Source of the DNA: a virus
Lineage: Duplodnaviria; Caudoviricetes
Direction: 5' to 3' (one strand)
Virus record (IMG/VR): IMGVR_UViG_2974796443_000001
Span: 1-64,000 of that record
DNA length: 64,000 nt
Shown: piece by piece, positions 18,271-28,321 of the stretch
Layout: each line of letters begins with the position of its first letter
Position numbering within the stretch: position 1 is the first letter of the stretch
The notes under the pieces: model-generated
The model's input: the letters and a program-made list of their open reading frames with translations, nothing else
The model's database searches: none
What the model was told of the DNA's origin: nothing
Program-made: the position numbers and the translations under genes

Positions 18271-18645
18271 ATGGATGAGAATCTAAAGAAATTAGTATCC
18301 GATGTTAAACCACCCTTACATCTAGTCGAAGCAAAATCTGAGACGAATAAAGAGGGTGTATATTGCGAGTTTGTTAGCTTGCATGCCTTAACCAGACCTG
18401 CTCGTAGAGAGTTTCTACATAATAACTACATAGAAGCTCAAGCTATAATGGAGCTTGAAGGTAAGTCTTACTTGGTAATAAATCAAGAGACTAAAAAAGG
18501 TAAGCATAGATCAACCTCTAAATCTTCATATGCAATTGGAGATAAAACAGATCACGGAATAATAACCAGAATAGAGTTCAACCGAGTACCTCAACGTAAA
18601 GGCGTTAAGGACGTAATATTTGGTTTCCTCTATTTCATTAAATAA
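18271..18645 (+). CDS. hypothetical protein
   Basis: 124-aa ORF. Confidence 0.65.
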   Translation: MDENLKKLVSDVKPPLHLVEAKSETNKEGVYCEFVSLHALTRPARREFLHNNYIEAQAIMELEGKSYLVINQETKKGKHRSTSKSSYAIGDKTDHGIITRIEFNRVPQRKGVKDVIFGFLYFIK

Positions 18646-18650
18646 GTCCT

Positions 18651-19001
18651 ATGTTATTAACTATTAAGTATTCTTGGGAGAAAAACGGTATTATGTGCGT
18701 AGCTCCCGATCAGTTAGACGCTAGAATATCAGAAGCCCGTTTAGGTAATGCTGATGTCCATCTAGTAGACGATGGTCCAATCCTTGACGGAGAAATGTTC
18801 TATCTTGACTCTATTAAGAAAATCATTCCTCCTGGTTCTACTATGTTTGCCAAATTCCATGATCACCCAGAAGCTATGCGAGTAGTTAAAACATCTAGAC
18901 CTCAATCACTTAAGAGGATGATCGAACCTAATCTTCTTGAGATGTTACAAAATCGAATAGTGTTCGAAAATATGAAAGTTAAATCTTGCTTATTATGGTA
19001 G
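18651..19001 (+). CDS. hypothetical protein
   Basis: 116-aa ORF. Confidence 0.65.
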   Translation: MLLTIKYSWEKNGIMCVAPDQLDARISEARLGNADVHLVDDGPILDGEMFYLDSIKKIIPPGSTMFAKFHDHPEAMRVVKTSRPQSLKRMIEPNLLEMLQNRIVFENMKVKSCLLW

Positions 19002-19432
19002 ATAAAATCACCCTTATTGTAAACCACTTAAATTTAATACTTCTAGGTAGTACTCCTAAGATAATCAACGATGGTCATGAAATGGAGGTATCAGGTGTAG
19101 TTAGACAACCTGACGGTACTTGGAACGCCTTAGTATTCCTTGATCCCTTAGCTGATCCTAAGATGATGCATCAAATTCCTATTACTGAAGAAATTAAGAT
19201 AGTAGCTAAAAGCCTTGGGAGAACTAAGACTGAGAAGATAATTAATGGATTAACTATAGCTGAAGAGCTGACTCAACCCTTTGATAGGAAGTCTCCTCAG
19301 TATAGCGAGATATTTGTTATGTTAGACTACAATCCTTTAGCCCTGCCGTTCTTCATGCTTAAGGTATTAATAGATCATAACTTCGATGTTCTACACCTAG
19401 ATAAGTATGGATTGCTTGTAGATGAAGAGTAG
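18995..19432 (+). CDS. hypothetical protein
   Basis: ATG 18995; C-terminal L...FDV..L...GL motif. Confidence 0.6.
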   Translation: MVDKITLIVNHLNLILLGSTPKIINDGHEMEVSGVVRQPDGTWNALVFLDPLADPKMMHQIPITEEIKIVAKSLGRTKTEKIINGLTIAEELTQPFDRKSPQYSEIFVMLDYNPLALPFFMLKVLIDHNFDVLHLDKYGLLVDEE

Positions 19433-19595
19433 GGTATGTTAGTAATTTTAAATTAAAATAACCTAACAAGAAAGGAGGGACAAAATCTTCTTGCGAGCTT
19501 GGCTTAACTGCTGAGCTCGTACTGATTTAAATCTTACCTATCAAATTGAGCCTTGTGTACTAAACCACTTCTTTTTATTTTAGAAACACTGAAAC

Positions 19596-19868
19596 ATGAC
19601 CGAAGACCACAAAACTATTAGAGACTCTATTCTTAACTTATGTTCACTCTTCAATGAGCACTATAAGATACCTCTAACTGTTACATGTTCTTTTGGAGTT
19701 ACTAAGTTTTCAATTAGAGTAAAAACGGGTTCCCCCGAAGTTGAGCTAACTCTACTAGCTAAGTTAACTGACCTCCTAGTTACTATTGGAATACCTCACT
19801 TTGAACGGGGTATGTCTGTAGTATTCAATTCAGAGGATGTCAAAGTATTAAACAAAATTCTAAACTAA
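19596..19868 (+). CDS. hypothetical protein
   Basis: 90-aa ORF, TAATG coupling. Confidence 0.65.
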   Translation: MTEDHKTIRDSILNLCSLFNEHYKIPLTVTCSFGVTKFSIRVKTGSPEVELTLLAKLTDLLVTIGIPHFERGMSVVFNSEDVKVLNKILN

Positions 19869-20632
19869 TGTCAAACTATTGGACGGACGAAGACCTTATT
19901 AGGTTCATCGAATCAAACACACCTGAAGAAGTAAACAAGCTTCTATTCGAAAACATGAAAGTGTGTAAACAAGCTAAAAATGCCGAAGCAATTTGGTCTA
20001 AGTTATACGAGAAACTTGGAACTAAGATTTACGACTATACTGATGAATGTCAGGATAAGACTAATAAGTTTATTGCTGAACTACTGGATAAGTTATTTGA
20101 AGGTATGTCAGTATTAGATATAGGAGCAAGTTTTGGGCAGTATTATAAAGATAGTACTAAGCTCAAGTCTCTTAACATAACCGATATTGCTAAATTACCT
20201 ATTAAGTATTTTAACGAAAATATTTCTCCTACTTTACCATTCCCTAATATGGGTCATGTTAAAGGTATTGAAGACCTCCCTATTGCAGAACTAGATTCTC
20301 ATGATGTAATATTTACCATGAACACACTTGACCTAATCCAACCAGGATTAAGAGTCTCATTCCAAGGTAAGATACAAGAATTGAAATCTACTAAGTATAT
20401 CTTATGTGGAGGTAATATATTTGAAGGAGAAATAGATTGGGATGAACGAGGAGGGAGAATGATTAAACATAACTTCCCTGAAGTCCTAGTGTATCCCTAC
20501 TACAAACGTGACTACGGACACGGAGTTGGGATAGGTAATTGGAAATTAGTCGAAAGATTCGAAGTGCCTAATCCGCATGACAATTCGTCTAAAAGCCGTC
20601 CTATGTTCTTATCCTTATATGAAAGAAGATAA
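19868..20632 (+). CDS. class I SAM-dependent methyltransferase-like protein
   Basis: Motif I SVLDIGASFG, TDI after strand 2, HDVIFT. Confidence 0.65.
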   Translation: MSNYWTDEDLIRFIESNTPEEVNKLLFENMKVCKQAKNAEAIWSKLYEKLGTKIYDYTDECQDKTNKFIAELLDKLFEGMSVLDIGASFGQYYKDSTKLKSLNITDIAKLPIKYFNENISPTLPFPNMGHVKGIEDLPIAELDSHDVIFTMNTLDLIQPGLRVSFQGKIQELKSTKYILCGGNIFEGEIDWDERGGRMIKHNFPEVLVYPYYKRDYGHGVGIGNWKLVERFEVPNPHDNSSKSRPMFLSLYERR

Positions 20633-20782
20633 CATTACCATCGTGAATTACCAAGTTGGAGTATCCATACTTGGATTACCATTAACATGCTCTCATGTAA
20701 TTTCACATAGAGCTAAAACCAATTTTAAGACTAGGACTGTTCAACAGGTCATAGTTAATAATTACAGAGATTTAGAGAAATT

Positions 20783-21202
20783 ATGAAAAAACAGTTAAAC
20801 CAATTAAAAGACTTTCATGTAGCTTTCAAAGTTACTGAAGGTACCGCAACAGTTCCAGGATTCGTATCTAAGAAAACAAGTGACCTTAGATTTAAGTTAA
20901 TGGATGAAGAAAATAATGAGTATCTAGAAGCGTGTGAAGAGAATGATCTTCCTGGTATTGCTGATGCCTTAGGAGATCAGCTTTACATCTTACTAGGTAC
21001 AATGAACTGTCATGGTATGCAAGATAAGATAGAAGAAATCTTTGATGCTATCCATACAGCTAACATGAGTAAGCTTAACTCTGACGGTGAACCTATTGTT
21101 AATGGTGTAAATGGGCATGATCCCAATAAACCTGCAGGTAAGGTTCTTAAGCCTGAGGGATGGAAAGCTCCTGACATCGAAAGTATTATTAACCCTAAAT
21201 AA
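20783..21202 (+). CDS. MazG-like NTP pyrophosphatase
   Basis: LMDEENNEY..A, DALGDQLY, ANMSK, GKVLKP motifs. Confidence 0.85.
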   Translation: MKKQLNQLKDFHVAFKVTEGTATVPGFVSKKTSDLRFKLMDEENNEYLEACEENDLPGIADALGDQLYILLGTMNCHGMQDKIEEIFDAIHTANMSKLNSDGEPIVNGVNGHDPNKPAGKVLKPEGWKAPDIESIINPK

Positions 21203-21208
21203 ATTGTT

Positions 21209-21772
21209 ATGAGTATTGATTGGAAGATTATAGTGCCCGTAGTTGCCGTTATTGGATGGCTAGTCTACAAGTTTGTTAAAGGAGAGTTAACCTCAGAAAA
21301 TATTGGGGACACTATTAAAGAGGTTTTAGAATTTCCTTTAGTAGTAGACTTAATGGCGTACTTAAGTGATGGTAGACTTACCCTTGGTGAGATTATCAAA
21401 ATAGTTGAAACAGGAATGAGCTATGTAATTAGGCTTGACCTAGAGACAGGTAAAAGAGTTGCTGAACCAATCGGCGATGAAATATTTTCAGCCTCAGATA
21501 CTATTGAAGAAGATAACTTAGCCTCACTTAAGAGACAGCTTACTGAAGAGGGTATCCCTTTTGAAGCTTCTACTTCTAGGTTAGCCAGATCAGTTAAGAT
21601 AAATGTAGATGGAGAAGTCTTCGGTTTATACCCAGACAGTGGGTATATTAAGAAGTCTAATGAGTCATCTAAGTTTGTAACTATTAATGCTAAGGCTACT
21701 GATAATTTAGCTTCAAGGGATGAGTTTAAGAATAACCCTAGAGCTTTAGTTAACTTTATCAAAAGAGTATAA
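21209..21772 (+). CDS. membrane-anchored hypothetical protein
   Basis: N-terminal TM. Confidence 0.6.
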   Translation: MSIDWKIIVPVVAVIGWLVYKFVKGELTSENIGDTIKEVLEFPLVVDLMAYLSDGRLTLGEIIKIVETGMSYVIRLDLETGKRVAEPIGDEIFSASDTIEEDNLASLKRQLTEEGIPFEASTSRLARSVKINVDGEVFGLYPDSGYIKKSNESSKFVTINAKATDNLASRDEFKNNPRALVNFIKRV

Positions 21773-22017
21773 TGAATACAGCTACATTTAAATCCAATGT
21801 AGCTTCTAGAGTTAGGTCTCTAAGCGAGACGGCTTATTCTGGAACTACTGAGCAGATCATAGTTCAAGTTACAACTGATCTAGCTACTATTTACGCTGAA
21901 GAAATAGAAACTCTTCTTGAGTCTGTTCAAGTTGTTATGCCTATTGGGTCTATCAATGTAACAGGCAGTGCCGCTTCTCAGTCTAATGCAACTCCAGCTA
22001 TTGGAGAGCTTCAATAA
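21772..22017 (+). CDS. small putative virion (spike-tip-like) protein
   Basis: LA..YA..I....V.V..G...VTGSA..Q pattern, recalled from Bacteroidota baseplate modules. Confidence 0.35.
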   Translation: MNTATFKSNVASRVRSLSETAYSGTTEQIIVQVTTDLATIYAEEIETLLESVQVVMPIGSINVTGSAASQSNATPAIGELQ

Positions 22018-22086
22018 TAATTAAGCTAAATTTAGTCTTTTAAGTTTTTAAATTAAGTATTTGCAAATATTAATAAATAATCGATT

Positions 22087-22383
22087 ATGAAAGATAACGA
22101 AGTAAAAGCTTTGGTTGAGTCTGAGAAGACTACTGAAGAAATTGCGGCTGAAGTTACTGAGAGTATCCAGCCTAAGAAGCCTATGGCTGAAATGAACCTA
22201 GAAGACGTCAAAAAGAAGATGACGGAAGAGGGAGCTCCTGCAGATGAGCCGTACGAATTTAAAGAGGGTGATGCTTCCTTTAAATACGAAAACGATAAGA
22301 TGCAAGTTAAGACCGAAGAAGGATGGGCAGGATGCACATCTGTTAAGGAAGGACTTGACATGATTAAGGAGAAAAAGAAATAA
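22087..22383 (+). CDS. tagged small acidic protein
   Basis: MKDNEVKALVESEKTTEEIAAEVTE; own late-type motif at 22046 and terminator. Confidence 0.7.
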   Translation: MKDNEVKALVESEKTTEEIAAEVTESIQPKKPMAEMNLEDVKKKMTEEGAPADEPYEFKEGDASFKYENDKMQVKTEEGWAGCTSVKEGLDMIKEKKK

Positions 22384-22406
22384 GCTGTTGAAGCTAATTA
22401 GTTACT

Positions 22407-22437
22407 AAAAGGATTCTGTGTACAATAGAATCCTTTT
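22407..22437 (+). terminator. intrinsic terminator
   Basis: AAAAGGATTCT-loop-AGAATCCTTTT. Confidence 0.8.
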
Positions 22438-22499
22438 ATTGTCTTAGGTCTTTAACAATTGAAGAGTTTATATAAGGCTCTTAAAACAATTCTAAGTTC

Positions 22500-22566
22500 T
22501 GAACGGGCGGTTTGCCCGACCACCATTTAAACATTGCTTAAAACTTCCCGCAAGGTCTTTAAACCA
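22500..22566. repeat. dispersed intergenic element
   Basis: CGGGCGGTTTGCCCG core plus AACATTGCTTAAAAC arm in the same register as copy 1. Confidence 0.7.
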
Positions 22567-22674
22567 CTTATTACAGGTTGGTTCCAAGGGCGAAAATAAT
22601 GTTCTATCTGATATTCCGAAACTTAGCTTGTAAATTTGAAGTTCTGATTTTTGTTTAACTAATAATTTAACTCA

Positions 22675-23661
22675 ATGAGTATTTTTGTAAAAACGAAACA
22701 TATCGATCCTAAATATAATTTTTTGGAGAAGTATGTTTCAATTATGTACCGAGGGATGTGGACTCCCGCTAAGTACGAGAAACACATTAAAGAAATAGAT
22801 GCCCCTCAATTCTTTAATGAAATGCCTGAGGTGGATAGAGAAACAATAAGACGATGTATCTTAGCTGTTTCTATGGTTGAGGATAAAGTGAAGACGTACT
22901 GGTGTACTCTCCCTATTCAGATACCTCAAACTATTGTAGGAGACGTAGGCGGTTTATTTGGTCAGTCCGAAGTAACTCACCGTCGATCTTATCATTCGTT
23001 AGCTGAACATCTTAAAGTGGATTGTGATCTTATTGATACTTTCCCAGTTCTTCGAGGTAGAGTTCAGTATTTAAAGAAATATTTAGAACCACACCCGTTG
23101 ATTAAAGGAAATAAGCTAGTACTTAAAAAGCTTATCCTATTTACCGCTCTAGTTGAAAGAGCAAGTTTATTTACCCAATTTTATATTCTAATGTCTTATG
23201 CTCTACATAATAGAGGGCTTAAGACTATCTCAGCTTTACAGGAGTCTACTGCTAAGGAAGAGATGACCCATTATAAATTTGGACTTTCCCTTATTAATAT
23301 TATTAAGGAAGAGCATCCTGAAATGTGGGATGAGTTGTTAGCTGAGCTTGTAACCAAAAATATTAAAGACGCTTATACTTCTGAGCTTAACTTAATTGAT
23401 TGGTTCTTCGAGAAAGGAACACCCGCTCATTTAACTAAAGGTGAAGTAGTCAATTTTTTAAATTACAACTTTAATGTTATTTGCGAGGACTTACAAATCA
23501 ATTTAAACTTCGAAGTGAACGATGATTTGTTTGAAGATAAAAGTGCTTGGTTTAAGAGAAAAGTATTCATAACAGGAGAACCTGATTTCTTTGACAACGC
23601 TGCTGGTGGTTATGCTGCAGATGACGAGGAGATTTCAGTTGACTCAATATTCGATAATTAA
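22675..23661 (+). CDS. nrdB: ribonucleotide reductase class I beta subunit
   Basis: WTP, SEVTHRRSY (ExxH plus radical Tyr), VERASLF, EEMTH, PDFF. Confidence 0.95.
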   Translation: MSIFVKTKHIDPKYNFLEKYVSIMYRGMWTPAKYEKHIKEIDAPQFFNEMPEVDRETIRRCILAVSMVEDKVKTYWCTLPIQIPQTIVGDVGGLFGQSEVTHRRSYHSLAEHLKVDCDLIDTFPVLRGRVQYLKKYLEPHPLIKGNKLVLKKLILFTALVERASLFTQFYILMSYALHNRGLKTISALQESTAKEEMTHYKFGLSLINIIKEEHPEMWDELLAELVTKNIKDAYTSELNLIDWFFEKGTPAHLTKGEVVNFLNYNFNVICEDLQINLNFEVNDDLFEDKSAWFKRKVFITGEPDFFDNAAGGYAADDEEISVDSIFDN

Positions 23662-23662
23662 T

Positions 23663-25366
23663 ATGAAATTAGATTTTTTAAAAGACCCTCAGATAGAGTT
23701 CTTACGAGAAGGACTTTACATTAGAGAGGATGAATCCCCCGAAGACAGATTTAAGGAAATTCTCGATAGAGTTAGAGAATATGAATCTGACTATGGTGAG
23801 GGATTAGCAGACAGGTTAGAATACATGATATCTAAAAATATCTTTAGTCTATCAACTCCTGCTCTTGCCAACTTTGGTAGACCTCTTGACCCAGAGAAGA
23901 ATACTCATTCGCTCCCTGCTAGTTGTAATATTATTACAGTAGGCAATTCGATAGCGGATATTTATCACTCTTTGTCTCAAGTAGCTATGTTATCCAAGTT
24001 AGGAGCGGGAGTTGGTAGTGACTTTCAATCAGTCAATTCCAAAGGTACTAAATTAGGAGAGGGCTTTTACTCTAACTCTAAACTGGATTGGATAGAAGAC
24101 TCAGTAGCTGCTGGTCAGAAAGTTTCTCAAGGAACTCAACGTAGAGGATATAACACCCCTTTTATTTCAATCCTTGACCCTGAGTTAGATGACTTGTTAG
24201 CTAGAGTAGATCGAAACAACCCTAATAGCAATGACCCGTTAGTGGATAATACTATTGGGATTATTATGCCCGAGGGTTTTTGGGAAGAAATAGCAAATAA
24301 GAATAAAGACTATCAGTCTAGATGGTTGAAAGTTATTAAGGCTAGGGAGAAAAACGGTCGTATATACTTAGGTGATGTTAGAAATATGAATGTTAACTCA
24401 TCTCCAGTTTATGCTAAGTTAGGTCTTAAATGCGCTACTACTAATATTTGCACTGAATTTATTCAACCGCATTTCCCTGATATGACTTCAGTGTGTGTTA
24501 TCTCGGCATTCAACTTAATGCATTGGGATGAAATAAAGGCAAACCCCCAAATGATTAAAGACGGTTTTACTTTCTTAGACATTCTTAATGAGGAGTATAT
24601 TAAGTTAACTGAGGGAGTTCCATTTTTAGATAGAGCTAGATTAGCTGCTATTAATAAGAGAGACATAGGAATGGGAACTGTTGGGTTCCATGAATTTCTT
24701 CAGTCTAAGGGAATGGCTTATGGTGATTTAAGAAGTCGTGCTGTTAATAAGGAGATTTATTCTACTCTTCGTAAATACGGTGAAGAGACTACTAAAGAAT
24801 TAGGTGCTAAACTTGGCTCTCCTAAATTATGTCAGGAAGCAGGAATGGTAAGAAGAAATTGTTCTCTTATGATGGTTGCCCCTAATAAGTCAACTTCTTT
24901 TATCTCAGGTTGTACTTCAGGTGGAATAGAACCTTTTATGAGTAATGTGTTTTTGAAGAACTTAGCTAAGATTCAACATGTATTTAAGAATACTCATCTG
25001 GTTAAACTTCTTGAGACGAAGGAAATGAATACTAGAGCTACTTGGGATTCTATTGAAGATAACAATGGATCAGTTGCTCACCTTGATTTCTTAACCCAAG
25101 ATGAGAAAGACATATTTAAGACTTTTGCAGAGATTTCTCCTAAAGACATAATTGACCTTGCCGCTGATAGACAAGAGTTTATAGATATGGGTCAATCCCT
25201 CAATCTTGTATTTAGGAAGAACTACACTCTTAAAGACTTACATGAGATTCATAAGTATGCATTTGATTCAGGTCTTAAGACTTTATATTATGCCTACAAT
25301 TCTGCTCATGCTTCTTTAGAGCAAGACGGAGAAGCTTGGGATACATGTATTTCATGTGCTGACTAA
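23663..25366 (+). CDS. nrdA: ribonucleotide reductase class I alpha subunit (no ATP cone)
   Basis: STPALAN, ASC, TNICTE, APNKSTS, GLKTLYY, C-terminal CISC; ATG 23663. Confidence 0.95.
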   Translation: MKLDFLKDPQIEFLREGLYIREDESPEDRFKEILDRVREYESDYGEGLADRLEYMISKNIFSLSTPALANFGRPLDPEKNTHSLPASCNIITVGNSIADIYHSLSQVAMLSKLGAGVGSDFQSVNSKGTKLGEGFYSNSKLDWIEDSVAAGQKVSQGTQRRGYNTPFISILDPELDDLLARVDRNNPNSNDPLVDNTIGIIMPEGFWEEIANKNKDYQSRWLKVIKAREKNGRIYLGDVRNMNVNSSPVYAKLGLKCATTNICTEFIQPHFPDMTSVCVISAFNLMHWDEIKANPQMIKDGFTFLDILNEEYIKLTEGVPFLDRARLAAINKRDIGMGTVGFHEFLQSKGMAYGDLRSRAVNKEIYSTLRKYGEETTKELGAKLGSPKLCQEAGMVRRNCSLMMVAPNKSTSFISGCTSGGIEPFMSNVFLKNLAKIQHVFKNTHLVKLLETKEMNTRATWDSIEDNNGSVAHLDFLTQDEKDIFKTFAEISPKDIIDLAADRQEFIDMGQSLNLVFRKNYTLKDLHEIHKYAFDSGLKTLYYAYNSAHASLEQDGEAWDTCISCAD

Positions 25367-25393
25367 ATTTCTTAACTAATATATTTTCTTTTT

Positions 25394-25428
25394 AAGGGTA
25401 CTTGGTAAATTCAGGTACCCTTTATTTT
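25394..25428 (+). terminator. intrinsic terminator
   Basis: AAGGGTACTTGG-loop-TCAGGTACCCTTT. Confidence 0.8.
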
Positions 25429-25485
25429 TAAACAAATCTGACCTATGTCTGATTTAAATTCCAAAATTAATTAAACTATATAAAC

Positions 25486-26535
25486 ATGAGTAAAGTAGTA
25501 GCCGTAACAGGAGGAGCTGGTTTCATTGGTGGTGAGTTTGTCCAACAACTAAATGCAGACCCTGAGGTAAGTGAAATCAAAATCATTGATATTAGCTTTC
25601 CTGATTATAAATTAGAACCTAAGATGAAATATTACTACGGTAATGTATCTGACTTAGCCCGACTTATTAACTTATTTAAAGGGGTCGATGAAGTCTATGA
25701 TAATGTAGGCTTATTAGGAACTCATGATACTGAGGAGTTAGGAGCTTATCCGTTTTCCGCTGCTCAAGTAAATAACATAGGCTTCCTTAATCAAATTCAA
25801 GCAGCTGAGATGTGTGGTATTAAGAAATTCTTCCACCAGACTAAAGACTTGTTCTTCAATGAATATGAGAATACTTACACGTTTACTAAAAAGGCTGCAG
25901 AGCTATATGCATTCTGGGCTAGGTACACTGGAAGACTTAATGTAACAGTGGCTACTTATTTCAACGCTTCAGGGTATCGCCAACACCTTGGTCCAATAAG
26001 GAAGTTGTTTCCATTAGTAACTGTTCAAGCTTTATTGGGTTTAGACTTAACTATCTATGGGACAGGTAACCAAACTTTAGATGCAGTTCACCCTACTGAC
26101 TTAGTTAGAGCAGCTATCTTATTAACTAAACATGATGACGGTAACAAAGAAGTTAATAAGATTTACGATATAGGTACAGGTCAGCGTATTTCAGTTAATG
26201 AGCTTTGTGATAAGATCATTGAGTTCTCAGGCTCGGATAGTAAGAAAGTTTATCTACCGATGCGTCAAGGTGAGAAAGCCGATGCTGTTTTAGAAGCAAA
26301 TGTAGATGACGTAAGAATGCTTGAAGAGAAGTATGGCTTTAAGTGTGAGAAATCTACGGATGAAATAATTACAGAATATATTGAGTACTACCGAACTCAA
26401 GTTGATCCTGTCTATGTATATAACTGTCTTAAGTATTTCCAAGACACTTACGGTAAGTTCAAGAAAGATGGAGTTGAGGTTGATATTGCTGACTACAGCG
26501 TCCTTGATATTAAACGTCTTTTACGAGGTTTCTAA
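25486..26535 (+). CDS. NAD-dependent nucleotide-sugar epimerase/dehydratase
   Basis: TGGAGFIG, YTFTK (YxxxK), YFNA, IYGTGNQT. Confidence 0.9.
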   Translation: MSKVVAVTGGAGFIGGEFVQQLNADPEVSEIKIIDISFPDYKLEPKMKYYYGNVSDLARLINLFKGVDEVYDNVGLLGTHDTEELGAYPFSAAQVNNIGFLNQIQAAEMCGIKKFFHQTKDLFFNEYENTYTFTKKAAELYAFWARYTGRLNVTVATYFNASGYRQHLGPIRKLFPLVTVQALLGLDLTIYGTGNQTLDAVHPTDLVRAAILLTKHDDGNKEVNKIYDIGTGQRISVNELCDKIIEFSGSDSKKVYLPMRQGEKADAVLEANVDDVRMLEEKYGFKCEKSTDEIITEYIEYYRTQVDPVYVYNCLKYFQDTYGKFKKDGVEVDIADYSVLDIKRLLRGF

Positions 26536-26640
26536 GAATGTAAAGGACTGTTTTGGGGCAAAGCTCCCGCTTTTTAAAGAAAACGGCTTAAAACGCTCTT
26601 AAACAGTCCTTAACAGTTTATTTAACTCCTTAAACGAAAC
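26530..26640. repeat. dispersed intergenic element
   Basis: TTTGGGGCAAAGCT (26552) plus CTTAAAAC..CTTAAAC..CTTAAC phased arm. Confidence 0.8.
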
Positions 26641-26644
26641 AATT

Positions 26645-27337
26645 ATGGTGAAATCCACAAAGTACTTAGTAATTGGTATTGTTGTACTCTTAGTCTTGTT
26701 AGCAGTTCTAGCAAGTAGATACTTCAATACAGTAAAACAACTTAAAAACTCTGAAACTAATCTAGAGCTAACTGAGCAAAAGATTATTAAAGAGAAAGAC
26801 AAGTTTGGAAATGAGATAGCTACTATTCAAAGTATGGTAGTTAGAAAGAATTCTGAAATACTTAAATTGAAGGATTCTATTAAAGGGATTAAGTCTAATA
26901 CAATTGTTAGGGTAGTTACTAAAACTGTTCGAGATACTATTGAAGTGGAAGCTGAGTCTCCACCCGACATAGTAGACAACAGGTTACTTCTCCCTTTCTC
27001 ATTTGGTTATTCTGGAGACTGGTTAAAGTTCAAAGGTAGTATCAATACAGATGGAATTACTCGATTAGTTGATTATGAAGACACCCATAAACTAAACCTA
27101 TATGTAGGTTCTACTACCAATAAATGGTATCAGATTTTCAGAAAGAAGAAATCCATTGTTAAACTTACTGATGAGAACCCGTTTAGTACTGTTACTGAGT
27201 TTGAATCAATAACAATAGAAGAAGATAGACCTAAGCGGTTTGGTATAGGAGTACATCTAGGTTACGGAGGTCAATCCCTCGATGCTCTAGGTCCGACCAT
27301 TTCTGCAGGTCTTAACTATAATCTAATAAGATTTTGA
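26645..27337 (+). CDS. TM/coiled-coil protein with C-terminal beta-hairpin (spanin candidate)
   Basis: N-terminal TM, coiled coil, KRFGIGVHLGYG..ISAGLNYNLIRF. Confidence 0.55.
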   Translation: MVKSTKYLVIGIVVLLVLLAVLASRYFNTVKQLKNSETNLELTEQKIIKEKDKFGNEIATIQSMVVRKNSEILKLKDSIKGIKSNTIVRVVTKTVRDTIEVEAESPPDIVDNRLLLPFSFGYSGDWLKFKGSINTDGITRLVDYEDTHKLNLYVGSTTNKWYQIFRKKKSIVKLTDENPFSTVTEFESITIEEDRPKRFGIGVHLGYGGQSLDALGPTISAGLNYNLIRF

Positions 27338-27897
27338 AATACTATGTTTACATTCTTTACTTAAATTCTGAACCTATTTATGTAGGTAAGGGTTCTAAAG
27401 ATAGGGTCTTCCTTTCTCAGAGGAAGCATAAAGCTGATAAATTTTCTATAGTATATAAATCTTATAATGAGCTAATGTGTCTTAGAGAAGAGACTAGATT
27501 AATTATAGAGATTAAGAGAATCCAAGAAGGAGGTACTCTTAGAAATATAGCAATCTGGGATACTTCTAATAAATTAACTGATGCCGAGTGTTCCTTAATA
27601 GGTAAAGAAAATTGGAAAGACCCTGTTTATAGAGCTTGGATGACTAGCAAGAGGAACTCTCCTAATTTTATCCAGAAGTCAACTGAGACTATAACTCGGC
27701 TTAATAATGATCCAGAGTTTAAATCTAAAAGATTGAAATCATTAAAATCTCGAACTAAACTTTCTAAAGATCAAATTGGGGATATTTATTTAAAACACAA
27801 GTCAGGGTATCTAGCTAAACAGTTAGCAACCGAATACAGAGTTCACCCTGATACTATAAGTAACGCTATTAATAATTACAATATCTTAGAGTTTTAG
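27334..27897 (+). CDS. GIY-YIG family endonuclease (free-standing, homing-like)
   Basis: YYVYIL..PIYVGKG..R, E, LRN; C-terminal HTH. Confidence 0.75.
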   Translation: MKYYVYILYLNSEPIYVGKGSKDRVFLSQRKHKADKFSIVYKSYNELMCLREETRLIIEIKRIQEGGTLRNIAIWDTSNKLTDAECSLIGKENWKDPVYRAWMTSKRNSPNFIQKSTETITRLNNDPEFKSKRLKSLKSRTKLSKDQIGDIYLKHKSGYLAKQLATEYRVHPDTISNAINNYNILEF

Positions 27898-27923
27898 TAA
27901 ACAAATTTTTCCTTTAAATATAC

Positions 27924-27950
27924 AAAGGGTGACTTCTCCGTTACCCTTTT
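27924..27950 (+). terminator. intrinsic terminator
   Basis: AAAGGGTGAC-loop-GTTACCCTTTT. Confidence 0.8.
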
Positions 27951-27973
27951 ATTTTACCCAATAATAAAGAAAT

Positions 27974-28321
27974 ATGAAAGACACTTCTGTTTACTGGTTT
28001 ACTTGGAATATATCAGATCAAGCCAAACTCTTAATGCAACTATCTTTCAAGTACATTGATGGCTATACAGGTGTTTTCCTCACTGATGATACTAAGCCTA
28101 AAATGAGGGGTCTTCGAATGACCTCACCTGAGTATACTCTATTAATAGCTGAATACATAAAATACTCAGAACTCCTCTTCAAAGAATTTACTATTCGCAA
28201 AATACATCTTAATAACTTATTCTCAGATTTTTTAAATGAACATAAGTTGTATACCGAGAATGTATATGAGCAAACGAGTCTTAATATAAATAAGAAAATC
28301 CCAAAATTAGATGGTAAGTAA
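27974..28321 (+). CDS. hypothetical protein
   Basis: 115-aa ORF. Confidence 0.6.
   Translation: MKDTSVYWFTWNISDQAKLLMQLSFKYIDGYTGVFLTDDTKPKMRGLRMTSPEYTLLIAEYIKYSELLFKEFTIRKIHLNNLFSDFLNEHKLYTENVYEQTSLNINKKIPKLDGK

Noticed and set aside
27334-27897. GIY-YIG gene as part of a group I intron
   Set aside because: Flanking genes are intact and it has its own terminator; nrdA and nrdB are uninterrupted
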